DNA of 63,789 nucleotides. It comes from Thermodesulfobacteriota bacterium. GTDB lineage: Bacteria > Desulfobacterota_D > UBA1144 > Nemesobacterales > CSP1-2. Below, one piece after another: positions 10,948 through 20,657 of the stretch. A program made the translations under genes and the position numbers. Below the pieces are notes generated by a model. It saw nothing but the letters and a program-made list of their open reading frames with translations, was not told the DNA's origin and made no database searches. Numbering within the stretch: the first letter of the stretch is position 1; every line of letters begins with the position of its first letter. The DNA lies in assembly GCA_036397855.1 (NCBI GenBank), contig DASWID010000136.1:1-63789 (forward strand). Direction: 5' to 3'.

Positions 10948-11625
10948 ATGGACAAAATAATTGCGCCTTCAATTCTCTCAGCTGACTTCGCTAGGTTAGG
11001 GGATGAGGTAAAAGCAATCAGTGACTGCGGCGTTGAGTGGATTCACGTTGATGTAATGGACGGTCATTTTGTGCCTAATATAAGCCTTGGGGTACCGGTA
11101 ATCGAGGCGCTTAAGAGCATTCCATCTCCACCGATGGACATCCACCTGATGATTGATAATCCAGACGATTGCGTGGAATTATACGTCCGCGCCGGAGACC
11201 CATTTGTGAAGGTTATCACGGTACAATATGAGACCTGTAAATTATTACACAGCACAATATCTAAGATTAAATCGCATGGTGTCATGGCTGGTATCGCGTT
11301 GAACCCATTGACCCCTCTCACCACACTAGAGGAAATAATTCCTTTTGCAGATCTAATACTGATAATGACGGTTGAACCCGGTTTTGCAGGTCAAAGTTTT
11401 ATAACGTCAATGATTCCTAAGGTGGAACGCCTGAGAAAACTTATAGACACTTTGGATCACAGGCCCTTGATCGAGGTGGATGGTGGAATAAACCTGGATA
11501 ACGTAGGGGAAGTAGCAAAAGCCGGAGCCGACGTGTTTGTATCCGGGTCCGGCATTTTCAAAACCAATAGTTACGCCAAGACAATTCGAGAAATGCGAAG
11601 GAAGATCAAAAACTCAATTAAATAG
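10948..11625 (+). CDS. rpe: ribulose-phosphate 3-epimerase
   Basis: PSILSADF, HVDVMDGHFVPN and VDGGI motifs. Confidence 0.9.
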   Translation: MDKIIAPSILSADFARLGDEVKAISDCGVEWIHVDVMDGHFVPNISLGVPVIEALKSIPSPPMDIHLMIDNPDDCVELYVRAGDPFVKVITVQYETCKLLHSTISKIKSHGVMAGIALNPLTPLTTLEEIIPFADLILIMTVEPGFAGQSFITSMIPKVERLRKLIDTLDHRPLIEVDGGINLDNVGEVAKAGADVFVSGSGIFKTNSYAKTIREMRRKIKNSIK

Positions 11626-11728
11626 AACATAAATCAATCTTTGTATTGCACTGGAGAGTTAGTAATATTATTATGACAATCCGGCCTACAATTAACGAGA
11701 TTTTGAACACTAAAAAGGGAAGAGAGCT

Positions 11729-12388
11729 TTGAAAGGCAATAGTTTAAATGACTTTGTAAGAGATATTGAGAATTACTATCTGAATCTAAAAGGGGAGGGC
11801 ATCATGCTCTCACCTAAAGAGTATGACCTGATCGTGAATTGGAGGTCGAGGTCAGTGCCCAAAGAGATAGTCATAAGGGGAATTAGAAGAGCCTTTGAGA
11901 AAGGTTTTAGCGATGATCACGATAGAAAACAGAATTTTCGAAGTCTAACTCAATGTGCAGTTTATGTCGAGGAATTGATCAGGGAATACAAATCCATCCA
12001 GCAAACTGATCTAAATGAGGCCAAGCATGGCAATGAGGATATGATTCAATTAACAGTGGAACGACTCAATAAAATAATATCATCTGAAAAAAGGGAATCT
12101 ATAAGAAAACATTATATAAAATCAAGGAAGAGAATATTAGATCTTCTTAAGGAGGGTGAAGCTGACGTGTTTAATCGACTAATACAGATTGAGGCTGATT
12201 TTTATGAAGGTTTGTTCCAGAATATGTCCGGAATAGATAAGAAAAGATTAATCACACAGGCCGAGGCCCATTTGAGCACCAGAGAACGATTCATGACCGA
12301 ACGGGCCCGCGGTGAAAGTCTTGTCTCATTTCGAAATGAGTTGCTGACAAAAGAGTTAAAATTAATAAACTTCAACAGAATCTATTAA
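11729..12388 (+). CDS. hypothetical protein with DnaD/DnaB_2-like N-terminal segment
   Basis: TTG start behind GGGAAGAGAG. LSPKEYDLIVNWRSRSVPKEIVIRGIRRAF resembles the DnaD-type pattern. Tightly followed by the AAA+ gene. Confidence 0.35.
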   Translation: MKGNSLNDFVRDIENYYLNLKGEGIMLSPKEYDLIVNWRSRSVPKEIVIRGIRRAFEKGFSDDHDRKQNFRSLTQCAVYVEELIREYKSIQQTDLNEAKHGNEDMIQLTVERLNKIISSEKRESIRKHYIKSRKRILDLLKEGEADVFNRLIQIEADFYEGLFQNMSGIDKKRLITQAEAHLSTRERFMTERARGESLVSFRNELLTKELKLINFNRIY

Positions 12389-12397
12389 TAACGAACT

Positions 12398-13222
12398 ATG
12401 GTTAGAAAGAAAAGCGTAATCGGATGTGAGATTTGTTATGGCGACGGGTACATTGTTGAAAAGAAGGGTCAATACGCTAACGCACGGGTGTGTAATTGTG
12501 TGCTACAATGCACTGATTGCAATTCATCAGGGTTGGTACTCACTAAAAATAAAGCTGGTTACATCCACACCAAGGCGTGTGAGACATGTGGAACGGTACG
12601 TCGGAATGTAAAACTCTATAACATGGCGGGGATACCGGCAAAATTTTCCCATGTGCTACAGGTGGACGCAGGTTTTGATCCATCGAATAACGAGTCTCAA
12701 CAAAGGGCTCTAAAGTATGCGAAGGAAGAGTTCGTGAAGAAGTACCCTACAAAACTGGGTTTCCTACTCATGGGGGCATCGGGTCTAGGGAAAACGCATC
12801 TCACCATAGGAACAATATCCGAGCTCACCCTAAAATATGGTGTAAAGTGTATGTTTCAGGATTTCTTTGATCTTCTAACGGAACTGAAAAAGGCTTACTC
12901 ACTTGGGACTCCGGAGATCGAGGTGCTCAACCCACTAATTGATACGGAGGTCCTGGCGATCGATGAATTAGGAAAGGGTAAGAGTAATGACTGGGAATTA
13001 AACATCCTGGATCAATTGATCTCAAAAAGATACAATGCTTCAAAGACTACACTCATAACGACTAATTTTATTTCAAGTGATTATACGAAGGATCACATGG
13101 TCGAGGATTATGAAATTCTTGACTTAAGGGTTGGCAAAAGGATAACATCCAGACTCCATGAAATGTGTGAATTCATTCACCTCAGAGGCATCGATAGAAG
13201 AAGGGTGCGTAGAAACGTTTAA
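12398..13222 (+). CDS. DnaC/IstB-like AAA+ ATPase with cysteine-rich (DnaJ-type CxxCxGxG) N-terminus
   Basis: CEICYGDGY, CNC..CTDCNSSG and CETCG. Walker A GASGLGKTH, Walker B LAIDELG, sensor TTLITTN, and RITSRL. Confidence 0.7.
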   Translation: MVRKKSVIGCEICYGDGYIVEKKGQYANARVCNCVLQCTDCNSSGLVLTKNKAGYIHTKACETCGTVRRNVKLYNMAGIPAKFSHVLQVDAGFDPSNNESQQRALKYAKEEFVKKYPTKLGFLLMGASGLGKTHLTIGTISELTLKYGVKCMFQDFFDLLTELKKAYSLGTPEIEVLNPLIDTEVLAIDELGKGKSNDWELNILDQLISKRYNASKTTLITTNFISSDYTKDHMVEDYEILDLRVGKRITSRLHEMCEFIHLRGIDRRRVRRNV

Positions 13223-14253
13223 AATTTCCAGTACTGTGAGTGTGTACTCTTTACATCTGCGATAATTGAATCTGCGCTCGTCTTTAGACCTGTTGCAGGG
13301 TAGCCCGTTTTCTTTTTCTCTATCAATTCCTCTACAACCTCCCTTGTCGAGAGCCAAAGACCCTCAAGACTGTATCCACCCTCGAGAATGAAAATAATGT
13401 TCCCACCGCTATACGTCTCTGCTGCCTCCTTTAGAAACCTTGTCATCTGCGCGAATCCCTTTGGTGTTATTTTCATACCGCCTAGCGGATCTTCGAAATA
13501 GGCATCAAAACCCGCTGAGACCAGGATAAACTCCGGACGAAATTGCTCTATCACGGGGCCGAGAATCTCAAAGAAGATTTTTGTATATTCAGTATCCCCC
13601 ATGCCCCCAGGAAGTGGTACATTAATGTTGTAGCCGGCACCATCGCCCATGCCAACTTCTTTTAAGGAGCCAGTGCCAGGATAATGAGGATACTGATGGG
13701 TCGAGAAGTATAGAACCTCTCGAGAGCCATAAAACATATTCTGAGTCCCATTTCCGTGATGGAGATCCCAATCTACAATTAAGACTCTTTTAAAATTCCG
13801 TGATTTAATAATATAGGCTGCGCCTATTGCAACGTTATTAAAGAGACAGAATCCCATTGCCATATTTCTTTCAGCATGATGTCCCGGAGGACGCACCAAA
13901 GGAAATGCCATATCGATTTTCCGGTTGAGTATGTCATCAATAGCGGATAACATACCTCCTGCTGCGCGAACCGCTGCAGCAAAGGATACCGGGCAGGTGG
14001 ATGTGTCGGCGTCTAGAAATACCCTAGGCTTCCCACTTGTAGATTTTATTATATCAAAGTATTTTGGATCGTGAACTAGACATATCTCTTCCTTGGTTGC
14101 ATCCCTGGGCTGCAATACTTCCAGCTCTTCGGTTAGCTTAGTTTCCTGAAGCATATCCCAAATGGCCAAAAGACGGTCTTGGGACTCTGGGTGCCCCATG
14201 CCATTGTCATGTTGAAAATAAAGATTATCAAGAAAGATCCCTAGCTTTTTAAT
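13219..14253 (-). CDS. histone deacetylase-family (acetoin-utilisation/acetylpolyamine amidohydrolase-like) enzyme; proposed ATT start
   Basis: RPPGHHA and DWDLHHGNGT motifs. The conserved N-terminus IKKLGIFLDNLYFQHDNGMGHPE lies upstream of the first ATG, bounded by TAG, with GGAGG 6 nt before ATT at 14253. Confidence 0.8.
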   Translation of the reverse strand: MKKLGIFLDNLYFQHDNGMGHPESQDRLLAIWDMLQETKLTEELEVLQPRDATKEEICLVHDPKYFDIIKSTSGKPRVFLDADTSTCPVSFAAAVRAAGGMLSAIDDILNRKIDMAFPLVRPPGHHAERNMAMGFCLFNNVAIGAAYIIKSRNFKRVLIVDWDLHHGNGTQNMFYGSREVLYFSTHQYPHYPGTGSLKEVGMGDGAGYNINVPLPGGMGDTEYTKIFFEILGPVIEQFRPEFILVSAGFDAYFEDPLGGMKITPKGFAQMTRFLKEAAETYSGGNIIFILEGGYSLEGLWLSTREVVEELIEKKKTGYPATGLKTSADSIIADVKSTHSQYWKF

Positions 14254-14316
14254 CTACGACCTCCTACAGGAAAATAGAGACTAAGAAGATTTGGATCCGA
14301 TGTAAGTCTCCATATT

Positions 14317-15609
14317 TTATACTAACTTTCGTTTTTTTCTAATGCTTTTAGAATCTTCCATTATTAATTTCTTTATGGCGCCAATTAGATAAAGAGAGCC
14401 AGTGATGCAGGCCGGGGTTGAATTATGTTTTTGAAGCTCGATGAAAGCCGCTTTGGAATCATTCATGACTCTTACGTTATTAACATAACTCCGTGCGATA
14501 TTTGCAAGATCTTCTGAGGGCATATGTCTTTCTGATGGAACATCTGTGATTATCATACCTTCGGTGATGGGGGATAATTCTCTCAAATAATTTTCATGAT
14601 CCTTGTCGGCAAGCATTCCTAATAAGAATAGAAATTTCTTCTCTGGGTAGGCATGCTTAAGTGAGCTTCTTAATGCATATGCAGCAGAAGGATTATGTGC
14701 ACCATCCAGAATCAAAGGGGGATTTGATCTCAGCGTTTCCATCCTGCCTTCCCAATTAGCTGTTGAAAGTCCTATCCTTAAACTTTTCTCATCTATGTCT
14801 ATTCCATAACGTTCATACAGGATCTCTATTGTGGCAATTGCCAATGTCGCATTATTAATCTGATATAAGCCGGGAAGCGCAAGTTGAAGGTTTATTAAAT
14901 TGAATGAATGACCTTTATAGTTAAAGTAAGCCAAGTTTTCTGATTCTGAGGAGAAATCCCTTCCCATATAGAACACTCTGGCAGATTCTTTCTCTGCCGT
15001 AGTACTTATAACATTCAGCGCCGATCCATCTGTGCCAGTGACAACCGGGACTCCATATTTAATCACTCCCGCCTTTTCGTAGGCAATCTTGTCGATATTG
15101 TTTCCGAGATACTCAGTATGATCCAAATAAATGTTCGTTATCACAGAAACGATTGGGTTTGCTATGTTAGTGGCGTCAAACCTCCCACCCATACCTACCT
15201 CAAGCACTGCGTAATCCACCTGTTTTTCATGAAAAAATACAAATGCAACAGCCGTTAATACCTCAAAATAAGTTGGTTGCTCGGTTAAGATCTTTGAAGC
15301 CTTTCCTTTAATCGTCATGATCAGTCGGTTCAGATCACTAAGGGATATCTCCTCGTCATTTACTTTTATTCTCTCTGAAATTCGGACGAGATGAGGTGAT
15401 GTGTAGAGACCAACCGTGAATCTAGCAGCGCGTAGTATGGATGCGATGACCGCTGCTACGGAACCTTTGCCATTTGTTCCGGCAATTATTATACAGGTTA
15501 ATTTCTTATGTGGATTATCAAAGGCTTCGAGGATTTTTGAAATCCTATCAAGACCCAGATTTATCCTGTGTGCGCCAAGAGAATTGAGATAGTTAATTGC
15601 GTTACGCAT
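14317..15609 (-). CDS. folC: bifunctional folylpolyglutamate synthase/dihydrofolate synthase
   Basis: Mur-ligase P-loop GTNGKGS, ~430 aa. Confidence 0.9.
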   Translation of the reverse strand: MRNAINYLNSLGAHRINLGLDRISKILEAFDNPHKKLTCIIIAGTNGKGSVAAVIASILRAARFTVGLYTSPHLVRISERIKVNDEEISLSDLNRLIMTIKGKASKILTEQPTYFEVLTAVAFVFFHEKQVDYAVLEVGMGGRFDATNIANPIVSVITNIYLDHTEYLGNNIDKIAYEKAGVIKYGVPVVTGTDGSALNVISTTAEKESARVFYMGRDFSSESENLAYFNYKGHSFNLINLQLALPGLYQINNATLAIATIEILYERYGIDIDEKSLRIGLSTANWEGRMETLRSNPPLILDGAHNPSAAYALRSSLKHAYPEKKFLFLLGMLADKDHENYLRELSPITEGMIITDVPSERHMPSEDLANIARSYVNNVRVMNDSKAAFIELQKHNSTPACITGSLYLIGAIKKLIMEDSKSIRKKRKLV

Positions 15610-15651
15610 TTTTCAGTGTCTGGCTCTTATGAATTTTGGGTTATCCATTAA

Positions 15652-15996
15652 TTAACCGGGCGGCCAGGTCATCCTCCGTCCCCCCAACATATGTATATGA
15701 AGATGCCATACGGACTGCCCGCTCTCTATACCACAATTTATAACCAGTCTGTATCCCTTTTTACTTATACCCTGTTGCTGTGCCACCTTATTTACCACAT
15801 CGAATAGATGTCCGATAATCGGTAAGTCAGCATCTTTAATCTCGGCTAAGGAGCGCATATGCTTCTTCGGGATTACCAGAATGTGGACCGGCGCTTGCTT
15901 ATTTATATCAGTAAATGCCATAGAGTCAGGATCTTCATAAACTATGTCGCAGTCCGCTTCCTTTTTTACTATATTACAAAATATGCAATCATCCAT
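15652..15996 (-). CDS. HIT (histidine triad) family protein
   Basis: CIFCNI N-terminus and HLHIHMLGG triad. Confidence 0.9.
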   Translation of the reverse strand: MDDCIFCNIVKKEADCDIVYEDPDSMAFTDINKQAPVHILVIPKKHMRSLAEIKDADLPIIGHLFDVVNKVAQQQGISKKGYRLVINCGIESGQSVWHLHIHMLGGRRMTWPPG

Positions 15997-16110
15997 TCTT
16001 GCTCTCCTCGTCAGTTAAAAATTTGGTTGGGTATATGATAGCTAGAATTATAAATTGTAACAGGAAACTTGACCATGTAGTGGTAATTATTGCCAAATGG
16101 TATTTTTTAG

Positions 16111-16154
16111 TTGATAATATCAAATAATCTTGTACAATTGATACTTATTATCAA
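16111..16154 (+). promoter_or_regulatory. Fur-box-like AT-rich palindromes upstream of the Fur-family gene
   Basis: ttgataatatcaaataatc (16111-16129) and the near-palindrome ttgatacttattatcaa (16138-16154). Both resemble GATAAT-type Fur boxes. Confidence 0.4.
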
Positions 16155-16177
16155 AAAACATAAATAAGGAACCGAAA

Positions 16178-16657
16178 TTGATTCCAAAGATTAGACCAAA
16201 GGCCGAACGGAAAAAGTACCTGGAGGAATACATCGCGAAGAAGCGCCTTAAATCCACGACTCAAAGAGACGTTATATTTGATAAATTTTTCAATTATCTC
16301 GGTAAGCATGTAACGGTTGATGAGCTTTACGAGAGTGTCAAGAAACATTATCCCAGGATTGGCTATGCTACGATTTACCGAACACTAAAGCTCTTTAAAG
16401 AATGCGGTCTCGCTTTCGAAAGGAATTTTGGAGATGGTAGAGCCAAGTATGAACCGGTAAAATTTGAAGGAGAACATCACGATCATCTCATATGTATTGG
16501 ATGCGGGAAAATTATAGAGTTTGCCAATAACCAAATCGAATCCTGCTCGCACCAGGTGGCAAGAATGAACAATTTTAATGTAATGAATCATAAGCTAGAG
16601 CTCTATGGTTACTGCTCATCTTGCCCTGAACAAAAGGAAAGTGCTTCTGGTTTTTAA
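16178..16657 (+). CDS. Fur-family metalloregulator (Fur/Zur/PerR not resolved)
   Basis: HHDHLICIGCGKIIEF and C-terminal CSSC. Confidence 0.85.
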   Translation: MIPKIRPKAERKKYLEEYIAKKRLKSTTQRDVIFDKFFNYLGKHVTVDELYESVKKHYPRIGYATIYRTLKLFKECGLAFERNFGDGRAKYEPVKFEGEHHDHLICIGCGKIIEFANNQIESCSHQVARMNNFNVMNHKLELYGYCSSCPEQKESASGF

Positions 16658-16723
16658 TGACGCGGAAAACCAGGATAATCCGTACTAGATCAATTAGTAT
16701 AGAATTTACAGAAATTGAATTTC

Positions 16724-17437
16724 TTAGCGGCAAAGGGCGACCATATCCCTTACAGCCTTTTCAATTCCTACAATAACTGCATTAGCAATAATACTGTGGC
16801 CTATATTTAATTCTTCGATTCCCTTCAGAGTGGATACTTTCCGTACGTTTGTATAGTTAAGACCGTGCCCGGCGGCGACTCTCAGCCCAAGCTTCTCCGA
16901 ATACTCGATTGCTTCTTGGATCTTGCTGAGCTCATTCTCTTCGTCTTTTTCGTTTGTAGCATTGGCGTAAATTCCCGTATGTATCTCTACCATGTCTGCG
17001 CCAGCTTTCCTAACCAGTTCAATTTGTTTAGGGTTAGGATCGATGAAAACGCTAACAAATATCCCAGCTTTTTTGATCTCATTTACAACATGGGCGACCG
17101 TCTCAGGGCTTTTTAAAACATCGAGTCCACCTTCAGTCGTTATTTCTTGTCTCTTCTCGGGAACGAGCGTGACCATATCTGGCCTCACATCCAAAGCTAT
17201 ATCTATCATCTCACGGGTCGGTGCCATTTCCAGGTTGAGTTTTGTCTTGACGGTTTTTCTAAGAATTAAGAGGTCCCTGTCTTGAATATGCCTCCTATCT
17301 TCTCGGAGATGGACTACTATGCCTTCCGCTCCGGCCAATTCAGCTACGTAGGCTGCTAGGACCGGATCCGGCTCTTTTGATTTCCTTGCCTCCCTTAATG
17401 TAGCGATATGGTCTATATTCACATTCAGTCTTGGCAT
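16724..17437 (-). CDS. pdxJ: pyridoxine 5'-phosphate synthase
   Basis: LNVNIDHIATLREAR and GHGLNY motifs. Confidence 0.95.
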   Translation of the reverse strand: MPRLNVNIDHIATLREARKSKEPDPVLAAYVAELAGAEGIVVHLREDRRHIQDRDLLILRKTVKTKLNLEMAPTREMIDIALDVRPDMVTLVPEKRQEITTEGGLDVLKSPETVAHVVNEIKKAGIFVSVFIDPNPKQIELVRKAGADMVEIHTGIYANATNEKDEENELSKIQEAIEYSEKLGLRVAAGHGLNYTNVRKVSTLKGIEELNIGHSIIANAVIVGIEKAVRDMVALCR

Positions 17438-17439
17438 GG

Positions 17440-18816
17440 TTACCTTTCACCTATATGCCGATCTATTTCATTGGCGACTTCTTCGGCGATTTCCTTTACT
17501 ATAATATCGTCTTCCCCCTCTACCATAATTCTTGCCAAGGGCTCGGTACCAGAATATCTCAAGTTTATTCTTATTTTTCCGTTGAATTCCTTTTCTTTTG
17601 ACGAGATTAATTTGGTAACCATGGGTATTTCGCTAAAGGGTCTTTTCTCTTTAACCCTGACGTTTATCAGTAATTGAGGAAAGAGATCAATTATTTTCGT
17701 AAGCTCAGAGAGATTTCTGCCTTTACTCTTCATGATTGATAAAATTTGAAGGGCAGCTAAAGTCCCGTCTCCTGTAGTTCCGTGATTTAAGAAGATTAGG
17801 TGTCCTGATTTCTCGCCTCCAAAATCGCATCCCATTCTCCTCATCTCCTCGACTACATATCTGTCGCCGACCTGTGTCCTAACCAGATGACATCCCCTAT
17901 TTTTTAAGAATATCTCAAGAGCCATATTGCTCATAATAGTTGCAACCACCGTGTTTTTTGACAGTGAACTAGTTGAAATCATTTCATCTGCAAGAACTGC
18001 TATGATTTTGTCACCATCGACTACATTGCCAGTCTCATCACAAAAAACCACTCTGTCTGCATCTCCATCCAGGGCGATCCCTATATCAGCACCCGTTTCT
18101 AAAACCCTTTGTTTTAGTAATTCGGGATTTAAGCTTCCACAGTTTGTGTTTATATTTCTGCCGTCCGGACTAATACCTACGGTTGTTAGCTCTGCACCTA
18201 GTTCCTGAAATACTAAGGGAGAAACCCTATAAGACGCTCCGTTTGCACAATCGAGAACCATCTTTATCCCATCAAGTGTTAAATCTTTAGGAAACGTATT
18301 CTTAACAAATACCACATACCTTCCAGGCGCGTCATCAACCCTGAAAGATTTTCCAATCTCTGTTCCCCTGACCCTCAGATTGTCGATCCTGTCGGTTGAA
18401 ATTAATTCCTCTATTTCCAATTCCTTCTCATCCTGGAGTTTAAAACCAAATTTATCAAACAACTTAATTCCGTTGTCCTCAAAGGGGTTATGGGAGGCGG
18501 ATATCACTACGCCAGCATCGGCTCGCATATTTGTTGTAAGAAATGCTACCGCAGGGGTAGGGAGGGGGCCAACAAGCAAAACGTCTGCTCCCATTGATGC
18601 AATTCCAGCAGATATAGCCTGTTCAAAAATGTACCCTGATAGCCTTGTGTCTTTTCCAATTACGATTTTCAGTCTCTTATCATCTGATTTTTCATCCATC
18701 AGGACACTTACAAGAGCCTTTCCAAGTCTCAGGCTTATCTCCGGAGTCATAGGGTGCAGATTTGCTATCCCTCTTATCCCATCTGTGCCAAAGAGACGCT
18801 CTCTTTTATGGTTCAA
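17440..18816 (-). CDS. glmM: phosphoglucosamine mutase
   Basis: FGTDGIRG, SASHNPFEDNGIK and GDGDADR motifs. Confidence 0.95.
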   Translation of the reverse strand: MNHKRERLFGTDGIRGIANLHPMTPEISLRLGKALVSVLMDEKSDDKRLKIVIGKDTRLSGYIFEQAISAGIASMGADVLLVGPLPTPAVAFLTTNMRADAGVVISASHNPFEDNGIKLFDKFGFKLQDEKELEIEELISTDRIDNLRVRGTEIGKSFRVDDAPGRYVVFVKNTFPKDLTLDGIKMVLDCANGASYRVSPLVFQELGAELTTVGISPDGRNINTNCGSLNPELLKQRVLETGADIGIALDGDADRVVFCDETGNVVDGDKIIAVLADEMISTSSLSKNTVVATIMSNMALEIFLKNRGCHLVRTQVGDRYVVEEMRRMGCDFGGEKSGHLIFLNHGTTGDGTLAALQILSIMKSKGRNLSELTKIIDLFPQLLINVRVKEKRPFSEIPMVTKLISSKEKEFNGKIRINLRYSGTEPLARIMVEGEDDIIVKEIAEEVANEIDRHIGER

Positions 18817-18829
18817 ATCTATTCTCCAG

Positions 18830-19780
18830 CTAGTTTAATTTTATTTTAAGAGTCTTGGGTTCCTGTTTCTTTAGCTTTATGCTACCGGTAAAAGGATAAG
18901 AAACACTTACATTTAATCTCTGTAATTTTTTAACAGATTCTTTAAGCTTACCAACATCCACATACACCTCAATATCATTGCTATTCAGGTTCTTTATAAG
19001 GCTATAAGGCCCTTCGAATGCAACCTCGGCCTTTAACAATCCTCTAGGTTCAAAATTTAGATTCTCAAAGTTTACAAATTTTATATCTAGGTCTTTGAAC
19101 GCTTTTTCCAGCGTCTTTTCCTCTATATTTATAGTAACGCGAGTCGTTTTATCACCAACCAGTTTTACCAAACGATTAGGGGATCTCAGAGGTACTTCGA
19201 TTGTGAACTTCGACGTTTCTCTAATCGTTGATATGGTATCCGTTGGGATAAACTTCATGTCTGAGACAATTGATTTAGGACCACTGACTGTTGCTGTAGA
19301 GGGTACAGCTTCAGGCTTTCCTATAATCTCATATCCAGTTTCTGGAGGACCTACTATAGGTTCGACTGCGATATCCTTACGGATTAACTCATCCACATCA
19401 ACTGTTACTTCAGCGGGGCTGATTCCAATTACTTGTACTCCTCGAGGTGGCCTTATCTGCTCTGTCCGGATGTTAAACTTGGATACACCCTCTGAGACAT
19501 GAGCGAGGTCGATTGTAAGGATTAAACTTTGGGGTGAGAGGGATGATAGTTGGCTTCGTGGGCCCCTAACAACAAGATTTAGTTCTTCCGGAGGTTCATT
19601 GGTAATTACTAGACCCGAAGGCAAGTTTGCGTAATTGACGTCTATTGTAATATTTTTCTCAACACTTGACTCCAGCGAGACCACAAGCCAAATAAATATT
19701 GCAATGGCAATCGCGAAAATCTTTTTGCCTATATTCTTAACAAAAATATTTCTAAATGCATTACGTATGCTGTTAAACAC
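18830..19780 (-). CDS. cdaR: YbbR-domain protein (CdaA regulator)
   Basis: N-terminal TM helix plus repeated beta-rich YbbR-like modules. Overlaps cdaA by 8 nt. Confidence 0.75.
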   Translation of the reverse strand: MFNSIRNAFRNIFVKNIGKKIFAIAIAIFIWLVVSLESSVEKNITIDVNYANLPSGLVITNEPPEELNLVVRGPRSQLSSLSPQSLILTIDLAHVSEGVSKFNIRTEQIRPPRGVQVIGISPAEVTVDVDELIRKDIAVEPIVGPPETGYEIIGKPEAVPSTATVSGPKSIVSDMKFIPTDTISTIRETSKFTIEVPLRSPNRLVKLVGDKTTRVTINIEEKTLEKAFKDLDIKFVNFENLNFEPRGLLKAEVAFEGPYSLIKNLNSNDIEVYVDVGKLKESVKKLQRLNVSVSYPFTGSIKLKKQEPKTLKIKLN

Positions 19781-20606
19781 TTGTCCTTTCTACTTGCTTC
19801 TTCCTTAGTATGCGGTTTATAAGACCTTTTCCTTCTGTGTTTTGCTTTTTTAAATCCAATAGGTCGTTAAGGCGGTTGGTAAGAGAAGTTGCATCAAGCC
19901 CCCTAATTAATTCGCCTTGATGAGCAAGGGATATAATGCCGGTTTCCTCAGAGACAACAACAACTATGGCATCTGTTTCCCTGGATAGTCCAATTGCGGC
20001 TCTATGCCTAGTACCCAGTTCTCTCTCAAGTTCCGGATCGGTTTCGAGGGGGAAAAAGGATCCGGCGGATAAAATTTTGTTATTTCCTATTATTATTCCA
20101 CCGTCATGCAGTGGAGATGAAGGATTGAATATACTTATTATGAGTTCCGCGGATACCCAAGCATCAATCTTCATTCCAATTTCAACAAAATCAGCAAGAC
20201 TGTTATTTTTCTCCAGTGCTATAATAGCGCCGATCTGCCGACTGGATAAAAAGCTCGTGGCCTTCACGAGGTCGTCAACAATATGTCTTTCTGATTTTCC
20301 TGGAGATATATTTATGAGAAAAGGATTTTTCCCAAGTGCCGCGAGGGCTTTTCTAATATCCTGTTGAAATAGTATGACAACAATTAAGATTATGGAGCCA
20401 AGGAAATGCCCTAAGATCCAGCCGAGCGTGAAGAATTCCCATCGTTGTGAGAAGAGGTATAAAAGGAAAAGCGCGCCGAGACCTACAAGCATCTGTACTG
20501 CACGGGTTCCCTCGATCAGGGTCAGAATATAATATATGATCAAGGCAACTATAATTATGTCTAGGCTGTCCCATAAGATTCTAAAATTCGATATAGCATC
20601 AGACAC
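19773..20606 (-). CDS. cdaA: diadenylate cyclase
   Basis: Three N-terminal TM helices. DAC-domain motifs HDGGIII and GTRHRAAIGLS. Confidence 0.9.
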   Translation of the reverse strand: MSDAISNFRILWDSLDIIIVALIIYYILTLIEGTRAVQMLVGLGALFLLYLFSQRWEFFTLGWILGHFLGSIILIVVILFQQDIRKALAALGKNPFLINISPGKSERHIVDDLVKATSFLSSRQIGAIIALEKNNSLADFVEIGMKIDAWVSAELIISIFNPSSPLHDGGIIIGNNKILSAGSFFPLETDPELERELGTRHRAAIGLSRETDAIVVVVSEETGIISLAHQGELIRGLDATSLTNRLNDLLDLKKQNTEGKGLINRILRKKQVERTSV

Positions 20607-20657
20607 AGTTTAAACCCTCAAATTTGATGAATTTACCTTCACGCTAAAAGGATTTAC

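Noticed and set aside
12398-13222. DnaC/IstB-like ATPase read as the helper gene of an IS21-family element.
   Set aside because: There is no IstA-type DDE transposase: the upstream gene is 219 aa with no DDE pattern. There are no terminal inverted repeats, and housekeeping genes sit tightly on both sides.
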